A stretch of 64,000 bases of DNA, from IMG/VR virus record IMGVR_UViG_3300037311_000222, positions 5,894-69,893 of that record. One strand, 5' to 3'. Each line of letters opens with the position of its first letter. The first letter of the stretch is position 1. Under the pieces are notes generated by a model. That model ran no database searches. It saw only the letters and a list, made by a program, of their open reading frames with translations, and was not told where the DNA came from. The DNA is from a virus (taxonomy: Duplodnaviria; Caudoviricetes). Shown piece by piece: positions 7,641 through 18,079 of the stretch. The translations under genes and the position numbers were made by a program.

Positions 7641-9033
7641 AGGTGTTCTTCGCTGGAAGTTAACGCCTGTTCAAAAGACAATCTACGATAAATTTTATTC
7701 TTCGGATGATTATGTAACTACCGTATTGGCATCAAGACAATTGGGAAAATCCTTTGCTATGTGTGTTCTTGCTGTAGAGACATGTTTACGTACTCCAAAT
7801 GCTGTCGTCAAGTATGCGTGTCCAAAACAAAAAATGGTTAAAACTATTTTAAAAGCAACAATGCGTCAAATATTAGAAGATTGTCCAGAAGAGATAATGC
7901 CTGAGTATAAAGAAGCCGACAAGCTTTATGTATTTAAAAATGGCAGCGAAATACAAATGGCGGGATGTGATAACCAAAACTACGACAGCATTAGGGGCGG
8001 TCGAGCGCATCTTTGGATTGTCGATGAGGCGGGATTCTGTGATGATTTAGAAATTGTCGTTAGGTCAGTGTTGTCTCCTACTACGACTACTACTCGCGGT
8101 AAAGGGTTACTTGCTTCTACTCCCGACCCTCACAATCTGGATCACGATTTTATTAAAAAATTTGTTGAACCCGCTTCGTTTGATAAAACTCTCCACAAGT
8201 ACACAATTTATGATAACTCGTTAATTACCGATGAAGATAGAGAAAAAATTATTCGCCAATATCCGGGAGGGGTAACTAATCCTTTGTTCCGAGCTGAATA
8301 CATGTGTGAGATTGTTAAAAGCGCTGAAATATCTGTTATACCAGAGTTTGATGATGAAGCAGAAAAAAAACTTGTACAAGAATACCCTCGCCCTGCGTGG
8401 TTCGACACTTACGTTTCTATGGATATTGGGGGTAAAGATTTTACAGCGGTGTTGTTTGGATATTTCGACTTTAGTAAGAAGAAAGTAATTATCGAAGATG
8501 AATTTGTGATGAAGGGTAAACAAAATAGTCAGGTTATTGCTGAAGGTATCAAACGTAAAATTAGAGAGTTGTGGCAAGAAAAACCCGTTTATTTGATGTA
8601 TGCGGATAATAACAATGTAATTTTACTGAATGATTTGTCTATCTATCACGATTTACATTTTATCCCTACAAAAAAAGATAATAAAGAAGCCGCAGTAAAC
8701 CAGTTGCGCTTATTAGTAGCAAATGAAGAGCTTATTATAAGCCCTAGATGTAAAACTCTTATAGCTCACTTAAAAAATGCCGCCTGGGCTAAAAACTCAA
8801 GAAATGACGGTAGTTTTCGTGTATTTGCTCGAAGTGTAGCGTTTTCTCACTTTGACTTTGTGGATGCAGCGCTGTATATGGTTAGAAACATTCGGTATTC
8901 TAAGAATCCTTATCCCAAAGGGTATGGTTTATTAGCCGGAGAAAACTCATACACTCGAGAAGTAGAAAACTCGGAATATTCGGTATTTAGCGACATGCTT
9001 AAGGCCCGAAGTTCTTTTAAACGACGTGAGTAA
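7588..9033 (+). CDS. terL: terminase large subunit
   Basis: Walker A SRQLGKS, Walker B WIVDEAG, motif III ASTP, RNase H-like nuclease SMDIG. Confidence 0.93.
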   Translation: MSQKMPSQKQAQKLLWSKGVLRWKLTPVQKTIYDKFYSSDDYVTTVLASRQLGKSFAMCVLAVETCLRTPNAVVKYACPKQKMVKTILKATMRQILEDCPEEIMPEYKEADKLYVFKNGSEIQMAGCDNQNYDSIRGGRAHLWIVDEAGFCDDLEIVVRSVLSPTTTTTRGKGLLASTPDPHNLDHDFIKKFVEPASFDKTLHKYTIYDNSLITDEDREKIIRQYPGGVTNPLFRAEYMCEIVKSAEISVIPEFDDEAEKKLVQEYPRPAWFDTYVSMDIGGKDFTAVLFGYFDFSKKKVIIEDEFVMKGKQNSQVIAEGIKRKIRELWQEKPVYLMYADNNNVILLNDLSIYHDLHFIPTKKDNKEAAVNQLRLLVANEELIISPRCKTLIAHLKNAAWAKNSRNDGSFRVFARSVAFSHFDFVDAALYMVRNIRYSKNPYPKGYGLLAGENSYTREVENSEYSVFSDMLKARSSFKRRE

Positions 9034-9035
9034 AT

Positions 9036-9052
9036 TTAACAAATATAGATAG
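9036..9052 (+). promoter_or_regulatory. putative phage late promoter motif, copy 2
   Basis: TTAACAAATATAGATAG between terL and portal. Confidence 0.7.
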
Positions 9053-9075
9053 CACAAATTCTATAAGGAAGTTCA

Positions 9076-11130
9076 ATGCAAGATCGGTATTTCGCAGCTA
9101 AACCACCAGAAGAAATGGCTCAGACTGTATTAACTAAGGCTGAGCGTTGGTTTTTAGCATTAGACACAAACGGATACTTGCAAAAATTAGTTCAAGCGTG
9201 GAGCGCTTATTACGGGGCTTACTACAGTGACGTTGGTAGCGGTCATCAAATCGTATTTGGTGGAGAGCAAGGCGAGCTTACTCAATTGCCTGTAAACCAC
9301 TTTAGAAATCTTTGTAGGCATATGCTTACTATGGTGACAGCAAACCGTCCCGCCATGCAAGCTCGCGCTATTAACACTGATTATAAATCATTAGTACAAA
9401 CTAAACTAGCGTCTGGTCTCTTGGATTATTATCTTCGAGAAAAACGACTAGAAGATTACTTACACTCCGCTATTGAATCTGCAATTGTTATGGGTAGTGG
9501 GTACATTAAAATGGAATGGAACTCTACTGCCGGTGAAATATACGACGTAGACCCAGACGAAGTCGATGAACAGGGTAATGTTATCCGTAAAGGGTTCCCT
9601 ATCTATGAAGGGGATGTTAAATTTTCGAACCTTTCGCCTTTTAACGTTGTATTTGACGGTACTAAAGAGTCTAGCAAAGACCACGACTGGGTTTTGTGTC
9701 GTTCTTACAAAAACAAATACGATTTAGCCGCTAAGTTTCCAGAGTTTAAAGACGAAATTCTAAAACAAGAAACTAAAGACTCTCAACAACGTTACGATTT
9801 TAATAGCAATTTCTACGACGGTAGTGACGACATTACTGTTTATGAGTTTTATCACAAAAAAACAGAGGCCATGCCTGAAGGGCGTTACACTTTGTTTGTA
9901 TCTAGAGACGCAATTCTTATGGATACAACTATGCCTTACCGAGACCTCCCCGTTTACCGGGTAACTCCTGGCGATATTATGGGCACTCCGTATGGGTACA
10001 CCGACACGTTTGATATTCTTCCTATTCAAGATGCTTTAAATTCTCTTTACTCAGCTGTTTTAACTAACCAATCAGCGTTTGCTGTACAAAACATTATGGT
10101 TCCTCGCGGCTCAGACTTTAATAAACAAACGCTGTCTGGCGGAATGAACATTATTGAATACAACCCAGGGTTGGGTAAACCTGAGCCTATAAACTTTACA
10201 AACACTCCGCCTGAAGTTTTTAGTTTTATTGGAATGCTAGAAAAAGTTGCTGAAACTATTTCAGGTGTTAACTCAGTTGCTCGTGGTAACCCAGAATCAT
10301 CTCTTAAGTCTGGTAACGCTCTTGCTTTAGTTCAATCAATGTCATTACAGTTCATATCAGGACTTCAACAGTCCTATGTAAAGCTCATTGAAGACGTTGG
10401 TACAGGTCTTGTAAACATGTTAAAAGACTTTGCTGCGGTTCCTAGAGTTGCCGCTATTGTCGGAGAGTCAAATCGCACCTACATGAAGGAGTTTAGCGGG
10501 GACGACCTATCTGAAGTAAACAGAGTTGTAGTTGATGTAGCTAACCCTTTATCTAAAACGACCGCCGGGCGTGTTCAAATGGCAGAACAGATGCTACAAA
10601 TGGGATTAATAAAAAGTCCTGAACAATATTTTTCTGTTATTAATTATGGAAAACTTGAGTCAATTACTGATAGCGCTGACAGACAACTTTTATTAATTAA
10701 AGCCGAAAACGAAACAATTTTAAACGGTGGTATGGTTAACGCGGTTGCAACCGAAGCCCATGCTTTACACATTAAAGAACATGGTGACGTACTTGCTGAC
10801 CCTAATTTAAAAAATGATGCAGAGTTAGTTACTAGAGTGCTATCACACATTCAAGAACACATCGATATGCTTAGAATGACTGACCCTGATCTTCTCATGA
10901 TTAGAGGTGAACAACCTTTAGCTCCTCCTGGTGGCAGTGCGGCAAACCAAATGAGTCCAGATCAGATGGTTAACACTCAACAAATGGGACCAATGGACGA
11001 AGTAATGCAAGCTCCGCAAACATTTGCTGCTAGCCCAGAAGGTGCTAACGTAAATTTACCATCATTACCGCAGCCTCCAGCGCCTTTTAACCAGTTGCCA
11101 ACAGACCCTTCTCAAATGACACCAGAGTAA
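9076..11130 (+). CDS. portal protein
   Basis: 684 aa directly after terL; P22-like portal character with low-complexity P/Q/M tail. Confidence 0.85.
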   Translation: MQDRYFAAKPPEEMAQTVLTKAERWFLALDTNGYLQKLVQAWSAYYGAYYSDVGSGHQIVFGGEQGELTQLPVNHFRNLCRHMLTMVTANRPAMQARAINTDYKSLVQTKLASGLLDYYLREKRLEDYLHSAIESAIVMGSGYIKMEWNSTAGEIYDVDPDEVDEQGNVIRKGFPIYEGDVKFSNLSPFNVVFDGTKESSKDHDWVLCRSYKNKYDLAAKFPEFKDEILKQETKDSQQRYDFNSNFYDGSDDITVYEFYHKKTEAMPEGRYTLFVSRDAILMDTTMPYRDLPVYRVTPGDIMGTPYGYTDTFDILPIQDALNSLYSAVLTNQSAFAVQNIMVPRGSDFNKQTLSGGMNIIEYNPGLGKPEPINFTNTPPEVFSFIGMLEKVAETISGVNSVARGNPESSLKSGNALALVQSMSLQFISGLQQSYVKLIEDVGTGLVNMLKDFAAVPRVAAIVGESNRTYMKEFSGDDLSEVNRVVVDVANPLSKTTAGRVQMAEQMLQMGLIKSPEQYFSVINYGKLESITDSADRQLLLIKAENETILNGGMVNAVATEAHALHIKEHGDVLADPNLKNDAELVTRVLSHIQEHIDMLRMTDPDLLMIRGEQPLAPPGGSAANQMSPDQMVNTQQMGPMDEVMQAPQTFAASPEGANVNLPSLPQPPAPFNQLPTDPSQMTPE

Positions 11131-11133
11131 CGT

Positions 11134-11409
11134 ATGAGCTATAAAAAGATTAAAGAGATGATGAGCTGTAATTCGCCAAAACCTTCAACAAGACCGGGTA
11201 AAAAACGAATGGTTAAGGGTTGTGAAAATGACAGAGAAAAAATTGTCCACTTCGGAGACGACAAATATTCTTCTAACTATTCTGACGAAGCTCGTAAGAA
11301 TTTTAGAGCGAGACACAATTGCGATGAGCCAGGCAGCAAGTTAAAGGCTCGTTATTGGGCTTGTCAAAATCTTTGGAAGAAAAACTCAACAAAAATACAA
11401 GGAAAATAA
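11134..11409 (+). CDS. small basic conserved viral protein of unknown function
   Basis: PGKK...KIVHFG...ARKNFRARHNCD...ARYWAC pattern recalled from aquatic viruses. Confidence 0.7.
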   Translation: MSYKKIKEMMSCNSPKPSTRPGKKRMVKGCENDREKIVHFGDDKYSSNYSDEARKNFRARHNCDEPGSKLKARYWACQNLWKKNSTKIQGK

Positions 11410-11410
11410 A

Positions 11411-11794
11411 ATGAATGAACAGCTAAGAAAACTAGCACAACAAATTAGAGAACAAAAACTAGCGGAAATTGTTGAAGAACCTTCTGATGAACTTTCTATC
11501 GAAGATTACGCAAAGATGGAGCCTCCTCGCGGTGACTATTCAAAAAAACCAGAACGATTTACCAATGTTCGTAATTATTTAAAAAACATGGACACGTCAG
11601 TTTCTCCTTATGAAGGTGTTATAGAACCCAATACTAGGGTTACTAACGTAAACGCTTTTGACATAAAAAAACCTACACCTCAAGAAATAATGTTTAAAAC
11701 AGTAAGAGAAAACAGTTTGCTACCAAACACTAATGCGTATGAAAATATCGAGAAGTATAAAGAAGAGATTAGAAAAAAACATAGAGGAATGTAA
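11411..11794 (+). CDS. hypothetical protein
   Basis: Coupled ORF in late operon. Confidence 0.7.
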   Translation: MNEQLRKLAQQIREQKLAEIVEEPSDELSIEDYAKMEPPRGDYSKKPERFTNVRNYLKNMDTSVSPYEGVIEPNTRVTNVNAFDIKKPTPQEIMFKTVRENSLLPNTNAYENIEKYKEEIRKKHRGM

Positions 11795-12687
11795 TGTCGA
11801 ATAACTTAAAAGGTTATGATGCCTTTCAAGTATTGAGAAGTGTATTTGACGTAGATATGAATTGTCTACGTGTGTGCGTTGTCGATGGCGCTAACCCCGG
11901 TTCAAGCGGTGTTATTGTTACCATTACGCACACCGATGATAGTATTCGTTTGGGAGACGGTACTTACTTTTTTACTAGTACTCTTTCTGGCGGTAAAGTA
12001 GCGCTAGATGTTAACGTAATTAATAGTAATTTACCAATAACAATAAGAGATTTAGCTTTTGCTACTGATAAAGTAGACGTAACGGGTTCTAGTGTTACCG
12101 TTAGTGGCGTTGATTTAGATATTAGAGATTTAAACTTTACTAGCGATAAAGTAGACGTAACGGGTTCTAGTGTTACCGTTAGTGGTACAGACCTTGATAT
12201 TAGAAATTTAACATTCGCTACTGATAAGGTCGATGTTTCTGGCTCCACCGTTACTGAACAAAACAGCGCTGACATTCTAAACTCAGTTCAGTCTATTGAT
12301 GGTAAACTACCGTCTTTAGGTGTTCAAACTCAATCAAATTCAGTTAGTGTAACTTTAGCATCCGATCAACCTAACATAAATGTTAATTGTGATTTAGAGG
12401 CTTTTACTAACGTAAACCCGGACAGTGTTCAATTAGTAGGAAGCATCGACGGGACCAAGACCGGTCAAAAATTCGGAGTAGTCAATAACCTTAGATTGCA
12501 GATATTGGATTCGCACGACAGAGTGGCAGAGTTTACATATGCAGACTTTGGTACAAAAAATCAAAGAATAACACAAATTGATTACTCTAGTGCTACTTTT
12601 TCGGGAGTTTTAGTTAGAAGAGTTTTTAGTTACACGCCAGTTGGAAATAATTATCGACGAGACGACGAAACTTGGTCTCTAGTTTAA
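11794..12687 (+). CDS. putative structural protein with 26-aa tandem repeats
   Basis: About 3 copies of IRDLxFxxDKVDV(T/S)GS. Confidence 0.7.
   Translation: MSNNLKGYDAFQVLRSVFDVDMNCLRVCVVDGANPGSSGVIVTITHTDDSIRLGDGTYFFTSTLSGGKVALDVNVINSNLPITIRDLAFATDKVDVTGSSVTVSGVDLDIRDLNFTSDKVDVTGSSVTVSGTDLDIRNLTFATDKVDVSGSTVTEQNSADILNSVQSIDGKLPSLGVQTQSNSVSVTLASDQPNINVNCDLEAFTNVNPDSVQLVGSIDGTKTGQKFGVVNNLRLQILDSHDRVAEFTYADFGTKNQRITQIDYSSATFSGVLVRRVFSYTPVGNNYRRDDETWSLV
12040..12255 (+). repeat. coding tandem repeat, 78-nt period
   Basis: GATAAAGTAGACGTAACGGGTTCTAGTGTTACCGTTAGTGG identical at 12067 and 12145; third degenerate copy at about 12223. Confidence 0.85.
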
Positions 12688-12704
12688 TATATTAAGGAGT
12701 AATA

Positions 12705-14765
12705 ATGAAATATGTAAAAGCTGATCTACTGTCGCCCATTGGCGCTACTTATGATCAAACTAGAACCACTACTCAGGGTCGAGCACAAACCAAAACTATT
12801 TCAGGGGACGTAGCTCTTGGTCCTCCTTTGAATAGATTTGTTGATGTTGTTACCGATACATCTGTTGCATCCAGCGTAATTCCTACCGGAAGTTACCTTT
12901 CACCAAATGGTAGACTGTTCACTTTGGGGGTTATAGCAGGTGGTGTTATACCAATCTCCCTACATCAGGTCGATTTGGTTACTGGTAGTAATACTTTTGT
13001 CGGAACAATAAGAGTTCCCTTTGCTAACGTAGCTGCGACAACTCAAATAATTAGAGGTTTAAAAGTTTTAGACACCGGAATTACTGGCTGGAGATTTTTT
13101 ATAGCTACAACCGGTTCAATATTAATTAACGGAGGACTTTATTGCGTTAATAACGTAGATCAAAGTGATTTTTTGCCATCTGGAGCAGGTACTTTATTCC
13201 CATTTGCAACGGGTTTAAATCAAAAAGCTGTGTACTTACTACAAGACCCTAGTAACATTGGTGTAGCCCAACTAAACGTCGCTGCTACCGGAGTCGTTTT
13301 AGATAGACCCAATAACCGAGTTTATGTCCATAACGGTGTATCAGCGACACACCAATATTACGTTTATAATTCATCAGCCTCTTTAAACTGTCCCTTATCA
13401 AATGCGACGATAGACCCCGCTACTGACAGATTTACAATTACTGCTCATGGGTTTGCTGATAACACTCCCATTTTTATTACAAATTTAACTGGCGCAGCTG
13501 GGCTAATAAATAACACTAATTATTTTGTTAGAACCTCCACTGCTAATGATTTTCAAGTTTCACTTACTTCAGGCGGAGCTGCTGTTAATATTACTAGTTT
13601 GGGTTCTGCTGACGTATGTCGAGCATTCGGTACAACAGGCTCTGCTTGGGTTCATAAAACCGGTAACCTACCAGCCCTTACTGGGACTTTAATTACGCTT
13701 GACTCAGAAGACTACGCTGTTCCCGGACACACATCAAATTCAGGTCAGCCTTGTGTGTTTTTTTGCACCACATCTAACTTGTATTTAGGGAGAATAAGTG
13801 AACTCACGTCAGGGGCAACTTCGTGGCCGTCATTAACTACCTCTAATTTACTCGGAAGTCTTAATCAGATAGTTACTCCTACGTTGGTATTGGCGACGTG
13901 GTCTACTGTTTTAGATCGCGCTATTTACCTAACTAATACCAATATTTTGATAATGAAACAAGTAGTTAATAACGTTATCGATAGAATTTTTGGGGGTTCA
14001 ACCAACCTTCAACGAGAAGCTACTCCGAGTAATGTCATTCCTTTACAGTGGTTAAACGCTAGTTCTTTAGATGTAGAAGACGGGTGGTTGGTATTAACCG
14101 CAGCAACAAACGTAGGTCAGCGTGGTAACTTTTTAGCAGATCTGCGCTCAGATTCTATTTTTGACTATTCTTATGTTGTTACTAAAGTTTTAGACACTTC
14201 AAATTCTATTTATAAGTTTATTTCGTCTGTAGATAAACTTTTTGATGATACAGGTAGTTTAAGTGTTGATTATAGAACTTCTGGGTTTGGTTCAATTTCT
14301 GGTGGTTGGACGCCTATCGGATTCGCTGAAGATCTGAGCGGTATTTCTACGGGGGCTCAAGTTCAATTCAAAATAAGATTTAACACTTTAGGTTTAGACA
14401 CCTCAATTCCTGCTCAGTTGAGAGAATTTTTCTTGGGGTTAGTTAGTAACACTGAGATTTCTGATAATTGGGAGTTTAGTGATGATTTTTCTGACAATAA
14501 CGTTCCGTCAAGAACAGCTTTTAGGTTAAAAAAAGCATACACAAGCGTAGTGCCTACGCTCTATTACAGAGCCTATGACTTATCTAATGCTTTAATTGTC
14601 AACCATAACACAGTAACTAATATTTTAAATTTTGAATATTCGACGGATAACGGAACCTCATGGTTACCTTTAGGTGTTGTGCCTAACGTTGTTGGTACTT
14701 TATTGCGTTATACGTTTACATCTCCTCCCGGAGTTGACGTAAGACCCGGTCTTAGAGAGGATTAA
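12705..14765 (+). CDS. putative virion structural / receptor-binding protein
   Basis: 686 aa, beta-rich T/S/G/N composition; TITAHGFADNTPIF...NTNYFV module seen in fibre proteins. Confidence 0.6.
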   Translation: MKYVKADLLSPIGATYDQTRTTTQGRAQTKTISGDVALGPPLNRFVDVVTDTSVASSVIPTGSYLSPNGRLFTLGVIAGGVIPISLHQVDLVTGSNTFVGTIRVPFANVAATTQIIRGLKVLDTGITGWRFFIATTGSILINGGLYCVNNVDQSDFLPSGAGTLFPFATGLNQKAVYLLQDPSNIGVAQLNVAATGVVLDRPNNRVYVHNGVSATHQYYVYNSSASLNCPLSNATIDPATDRFTITAHGFADNTPIFITNLTGAAGLINNTNYFVRTSTANDFQVSLTSGGAAVNITSLGSADVCRAFGTTGSAWVHKTGNLPALTGTLITLDSEDYAVPGHTSNSGQPCVFFCTTSNLYLGRISELTSGATSWPSLTTSNLLGSLNQIVTPTLVLATWSTVLDRAIYLTNTNILIMKQVVNNVIDRIFGGSTNLQREATPSNVIPLQWLNASSLDVEDGWLVLTAATNVGQRGNFLADLRSDSIFDYSYVVTKVLDTSNSIYKFISSVDKLFDDTGSLSVDYRTSGFGSISGGWTPIGFAEDLSGISTGAQVQFKIRFNTLGLDTSIPAQLREFFLGLVSNTEISDNWEFSDDFSDNNVPSRTAFRLKKAYTSVVPTLYYRAYDLSNALIVNHNTVTNILNFEYSTDNGTSWLPLGVVPNVVGTLLRYTFTSPPGVDVRPGLRED

Positions 14766-14767
14766 AA

Positions 14768-16117
14768 ATGGCTAATTTTTTAGTCGAAAACAATTTTTAT
14801 CAAGGGACTAGCGACGCTTGTATTATTGACCTAACCCCCCCAGTGTTTTCTGGTATCACGGGTCTTGATGTAGAGTCGCGGGGACAAATACGAGCAAGCT
14901 GGTCTGCCGCTACTGACCCCACGTTACCAATTAGATACGAAATTTACATAAAAGCAGGAAGCAACGTTGGATTGTTTTCAGTTAGTAACATAGTAGCAAT
15001 TAGTTCTAACTTGCAATACGATATATTTACATTACCCGATGGTTCTTTTTTAGTTAATGGTACTACGTACTTCGTTGGGGTTAGGGCTTTAGATGGCGTG
15101 AATAATCGAGATAGTAATGTAGTTTCACAAAGCGTTATATCTACGGGCGTTCTCACTGCTATCGATGTTTATGAAAGCAAGGCTAGTGTTACTAACGTAA
15201 CTGACGGCGAATTTAAAGTGGTTGCGTGGGTCAATAAAAACGAAAGTTTAGCTATTGCGCCCGGTGCAGCTTTAGGACAAGCTTCTTACACGGTTTATGA
15301 TAGTCTAGGGGTGCTAGTTCCTGGATTTTCTGGTGTTGTAGTTTCACCAAACGCGCAGGGTTTATACGTTTTCCCTGTCGTTAATAATACTTTAAACGTA
15401 AACGAGTCTTATCAATTAAGGGTGTCTATCGTTGTTGATGGAGAAGCTCGAATTAATTTTGTATCTATACCAAAACAAGAGGAAGTCTACGTTTTGGATG
15501 GTGTAGTTTCTTTAAATAATTCTAACAATCTTACTGGTAGTTTTTGGGTAGAAAATAACGGGAAAACGTTAACTTCGGGTTTGAGTACCGGTTCTTATCA
15601 GGTCTATTTAGCTGACGGAACGATTGTCCCCGGGATTAGCGAAACTGGTATAGTCGCTGACGCAAACGGATTTTTTACAATAACGCCTTTTGCGTTGCCT
15701 GGATTTCTTGATATAACAGAGTCTTACATTGCGCGTTTAACGTTAAGTGTTGATGGTCAACCTAAAACTAAAAATTTAATCATCGACGACGAACCCGTTG
15801 TTTATGACGTTAAGAGCGTTTTTTCTATAAACGCTTTAAATCAGTTAGAAGCAACGTTTTGGGCAACTAAAAACGATGAAATTGCTTCAACAGTTCTTTT
15901 GGGTACAGCTAGTTATCAAATTTACGACAAGCTAGGTAACACCGTGGCTGGATTGAACCAATCTGGTATAGCCGCTGATATCAATGGGTTTTTTCATACA
16001 ACGCCAGTTTCTGCAATACTGTTGACAGATTTAACTCATTATACTGCTCGAGTAACTATCACAGTAGCAGGGAAAGCGCGAACCGCAGCTAAAGGATTTT
16101 CTTTACTAGGAACATAA
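14768..16117 (+). CDS. FN3-like domain plus three Ig-like repeats; putative decoration protein
   Basis: PVFSGITGL...IRASWSAATD...IRYEIY...YFVGVRALD (FN3-like); three repeats W...ASY.VY...G...G...A...GF. Confidence 0.6.
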   Translation: MANFLVENNFYQGTSDACIIDLTPPVFSGITGLDVESRGQIRASWSAATDPTLPIRYEIYIKAGSNVGLFSVSNIVAISSNLQYDIFTLPDGSFLVNGTTYFVGVRALDGVNNRDSNVVSQSVISTGVLTAIDVYESKASVTNVTDGEFKVVAWVNKNESLAIAPGAALGQASYTVYDSLGVLVPGFSGVVVSPNAQGLYVFPVVNNTLNVNESYQLRVSIVVDGEARINFVSIPKQEEVYVLDGVVSLNNSNNLTGSFWVENNGKTLTSGLSTGSYQVYLADGTIVPGISETGIVADANGFFTITPFALPGFLDITESYIARLTLSVDGQPKTKNLIIDDEPVVYDVKSVFSINALNQLEATFWATKNDEIASTVLLGTASYQIYDKLGNTVAGLNQSGIAADINGFFHTTPVSAILLTDLTHYTARVTITVAGKARTAAKGFSLLGT

Positions 16118-16671
16118 TGTCTATACTTCGTCGTTTAGTAGCTCAAGACAGTAACTATGAAAACCAATGGTTAAAGGTAGACCACGGTTCTCGTTATATC
16201 GTTAACGATGTTAATGAGTGTCAATTTCTTTTTGGTCCAAATAGCGAATTAAATAATAGCGCTCAGGTTTTAAAAATAGCAGCTCAGTTAAATACTAATA
16301 CGTTAGATAAAATTCGTTTTACAGGGTATTTGTATAACCCAAAGACAGGAGCTATTGATTCTAGCTCTAGCGTTATTTTTAATATATACTCTGTAACTGA
16401 TATTGCTAGTCCTCGTTGGGATGACGTTTTTGTTACTAGTGTAACCGGTGTACAACAAAGTAATTCTTATTATTTTGCTGAAGTGAGTATATCAAGCTTT
16501 GTAGGACTTAGTTTAGATGGTGATACGACGTTGATGATCGAAGCTGTTGCTACTAGGCTAGGTATAACATATCGAGATAGAATTTACGTAAATCATTTAG
16601 GTGTCTACGAAAGCGTTGTGCGTTTACGCCAAGATGTTGATTTTTTAAACATCACTAAAAAGGATCTGTAA
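16117..16671 (+). CDS. hypothetical structural protein
   Basis: Coupled ORF in late operon. Confidence 0.65.
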   Translation: MSILRRLVAQDSNYENQWLKVDHGSRYIVNDVNECQFLFGPNSELNNSAQVLKIAAQLNTNTLDKIRFTGYLYNPKTGAIDSSSSVIFNIYSVTDIASPRWDDVFVTSVTGVQQSNSYYFAEVSISSFVGLSLDGDTTLMIEAVATRLGITYRDRIYVNHLGVYESVVRLRQDVDFLNITKKDL

Positions 16672-17153
16672 TGTCAAAAAAATTCGCATTAGTTAATAAT
16701 CAAGTTGTTACTGATGTTAAACATTTAACGGATGAGCAGTTTCAAGACGAAGTTAAGAAAAATAATTCAGTAATTGACATTGATAACGTTTTTCCAGAGC
16801 CTTCGGTGGGTTGGGTTTTAAACGGTAACTCTTTTGAACTACCTCAAAACGCTACTGATAAGGAACTTTTAGAAATCGCGCTTGCTGACAAAAAAATAGA
16901 ACTTGGTTTAGTGTTGACTAAATTTTGTATTACCCGTATTGGCGCTAGAAATAAAATCCTAAATAAAACAGGTCCTCAAGTCACCACTATTCTTAACGGC
17001 TTGTTGCCTGTAAAATTTTTACTTGAGACGGGAGCTTTAGGTACAGCAAGATTTGCGTGCTCCCAGTTAACCCTTGGATTTACTGAATATGCTGATATTT
17101 TTCAGTATGTAATAAATGAAATTAATTCTTTCGAAAACTCCCATGGGTTATAG
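16671..17153 (+). CDS. hypothetical, possible fibre assembly chaperone
   Basis: KKFALVNNQVV...PSVGWVLNG N-terminus resembles tail-fibre chaperones. Confidence 0.5.
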   Translation: MSKKFALVNNQVVTDVKHLTDEQFQDEVKKNNSVIDIDNVFPEPSVGWVLNGNSFELPQNATDKELLEIALADKKIELGLVLTKFCITRIGARNKILNKTGPQVTTILNGLLPVKFLLETGALGTARFACSQLTLGFTEYADIFQYVINEINSFENSHGL

Positions 17154-17643
17154 TTATCTTTTTTCGAAAAATAATAAAATAGGTTCTAAACTAATTTCGT
17201 GGAGTAGCGGTTTATTTAAAAAAGATATCACCGAACTTAGTGGTAGAATACCCTCTCACGTCGCTGTGCTAATCAATGAATGTCTAGTGATTGAATCAAC
17301 TTTAGGCACCGGTGTTAGAATTATTCCTTATAATAAGTGGAAAGAGATTAACGAAGAGCTATTTAAAATAGACTGTATTCAATCTTACGACGATCTTGAA
17401 GATAAAAAAAAAGAGCTTTTGTTTGAGATGTGGGGCAAAAAATACGATTGGTGGGGGATATTATATTTTACTAAATGTATGTTGTCTAAGTATTTTTTTA
17501 ATATACCTTTACCAAGTAAGAACAAACTAGAAAGAGAAGATTATTTTTTCTGTACTGAGTTTGCAGCAAGGCTTGCCGGATACGATTATTCTATGACAAC
17601 CCCTGCTAAAATGTGTAATGACTTTTTAAGGATGCAAAAATGA
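17116..17643 (+). CDS. permuted papain-like NlpC/P60 (YiiX-like) hydrolase; start may be about 17143
   Basis: His before Cys: SHVAVL...VIES ... KKYD ... FFCTEFAA. Confidence 0.7.
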   Translation: MKLILSKTPMGYSYLFSKNNKIGSKLISWSSGLFKKDITELSGRIPSHVAVLINECLVIESTLGTGVRIIPYNKWKEINEELFKIDCIQSYDDLEDKKKELLFEMWGKKYDWWGILYFTKCMLSKYFFNIPLPSKNKLEREDYFFCTEFAARLAGYDYSMTTPAKMCNDFLRMQK

Positions 17644-17834
17644 GTGGGTATGAAAAAATTAAAAAAACATTAGGTAAAACGTCTGATGGGGCAAGACCTA
17701 CTAATCTTGATTTATACTCAAGGGTAAAAGCTGAGGCTAAGCGTAAGTTTGACGACTGGCCTTCCGCTTACGCTTCTAGCTGGCTTGTTAAAGAGTACAA
17801 GTCTCGCGGTGGGAAGTACAAGAAATGGGTTTAA
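17640..17834 (+). CDS. small basic conserved viral protein of unknown function
   Basis: PTNLDLYSRVKAEAKRKFDDWPSAYASSWLVKEYKSRGGKY pattern. Confidence 0.7.
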   Translation: MSGYEKIKKTLGKTSDGARPTNLDLYSRVKAEAKRKFDDWPSAYASSWLVKEYKSRGGKYKKWV

Positions 17835-18079
17835 AGCGCTGGCATAAAGAAAAGTGGCTTGACCAAAACGGCAACGAGTGCGGTTCGGGTTTATCTAAAG
17901 GTAAGCCTAAATGTAGACCTTCTAAAAAAGTATTATCAAAAACTCCGGTGACTTGGGGCGAGCTTTCTGACTCTGAAAAACGTAGAGCGGTGGCTGATAA
18001 ACAAGCTGCCGCAGATAAAGGCGAACAGTTTTCTAAAGTTAGATTTAGTAGAATACGAAAAGAGCTTAAACGTGGCTAA
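17825..18079 (+). CDS. small basic conserved viral protein of unknown function
   Basis: MGLKRWHKEKW...CG...PKCRPSKKV...TP pattern; coupled to previous gene. Confidence 0.7.
   Translation: MGLKRWHKEKWLDQNGNECGSGLSKGKPKCRPSKKVLSKTPVTWGELSDSEKRRAVADKQAAADKGEQFSKVRFSRIRKELKRG

Noticed and set aside
12040-12255. CRISPR-like array
   Set aside because: The repeats are in-frame coding units with a 78-nt period and no unique spacers
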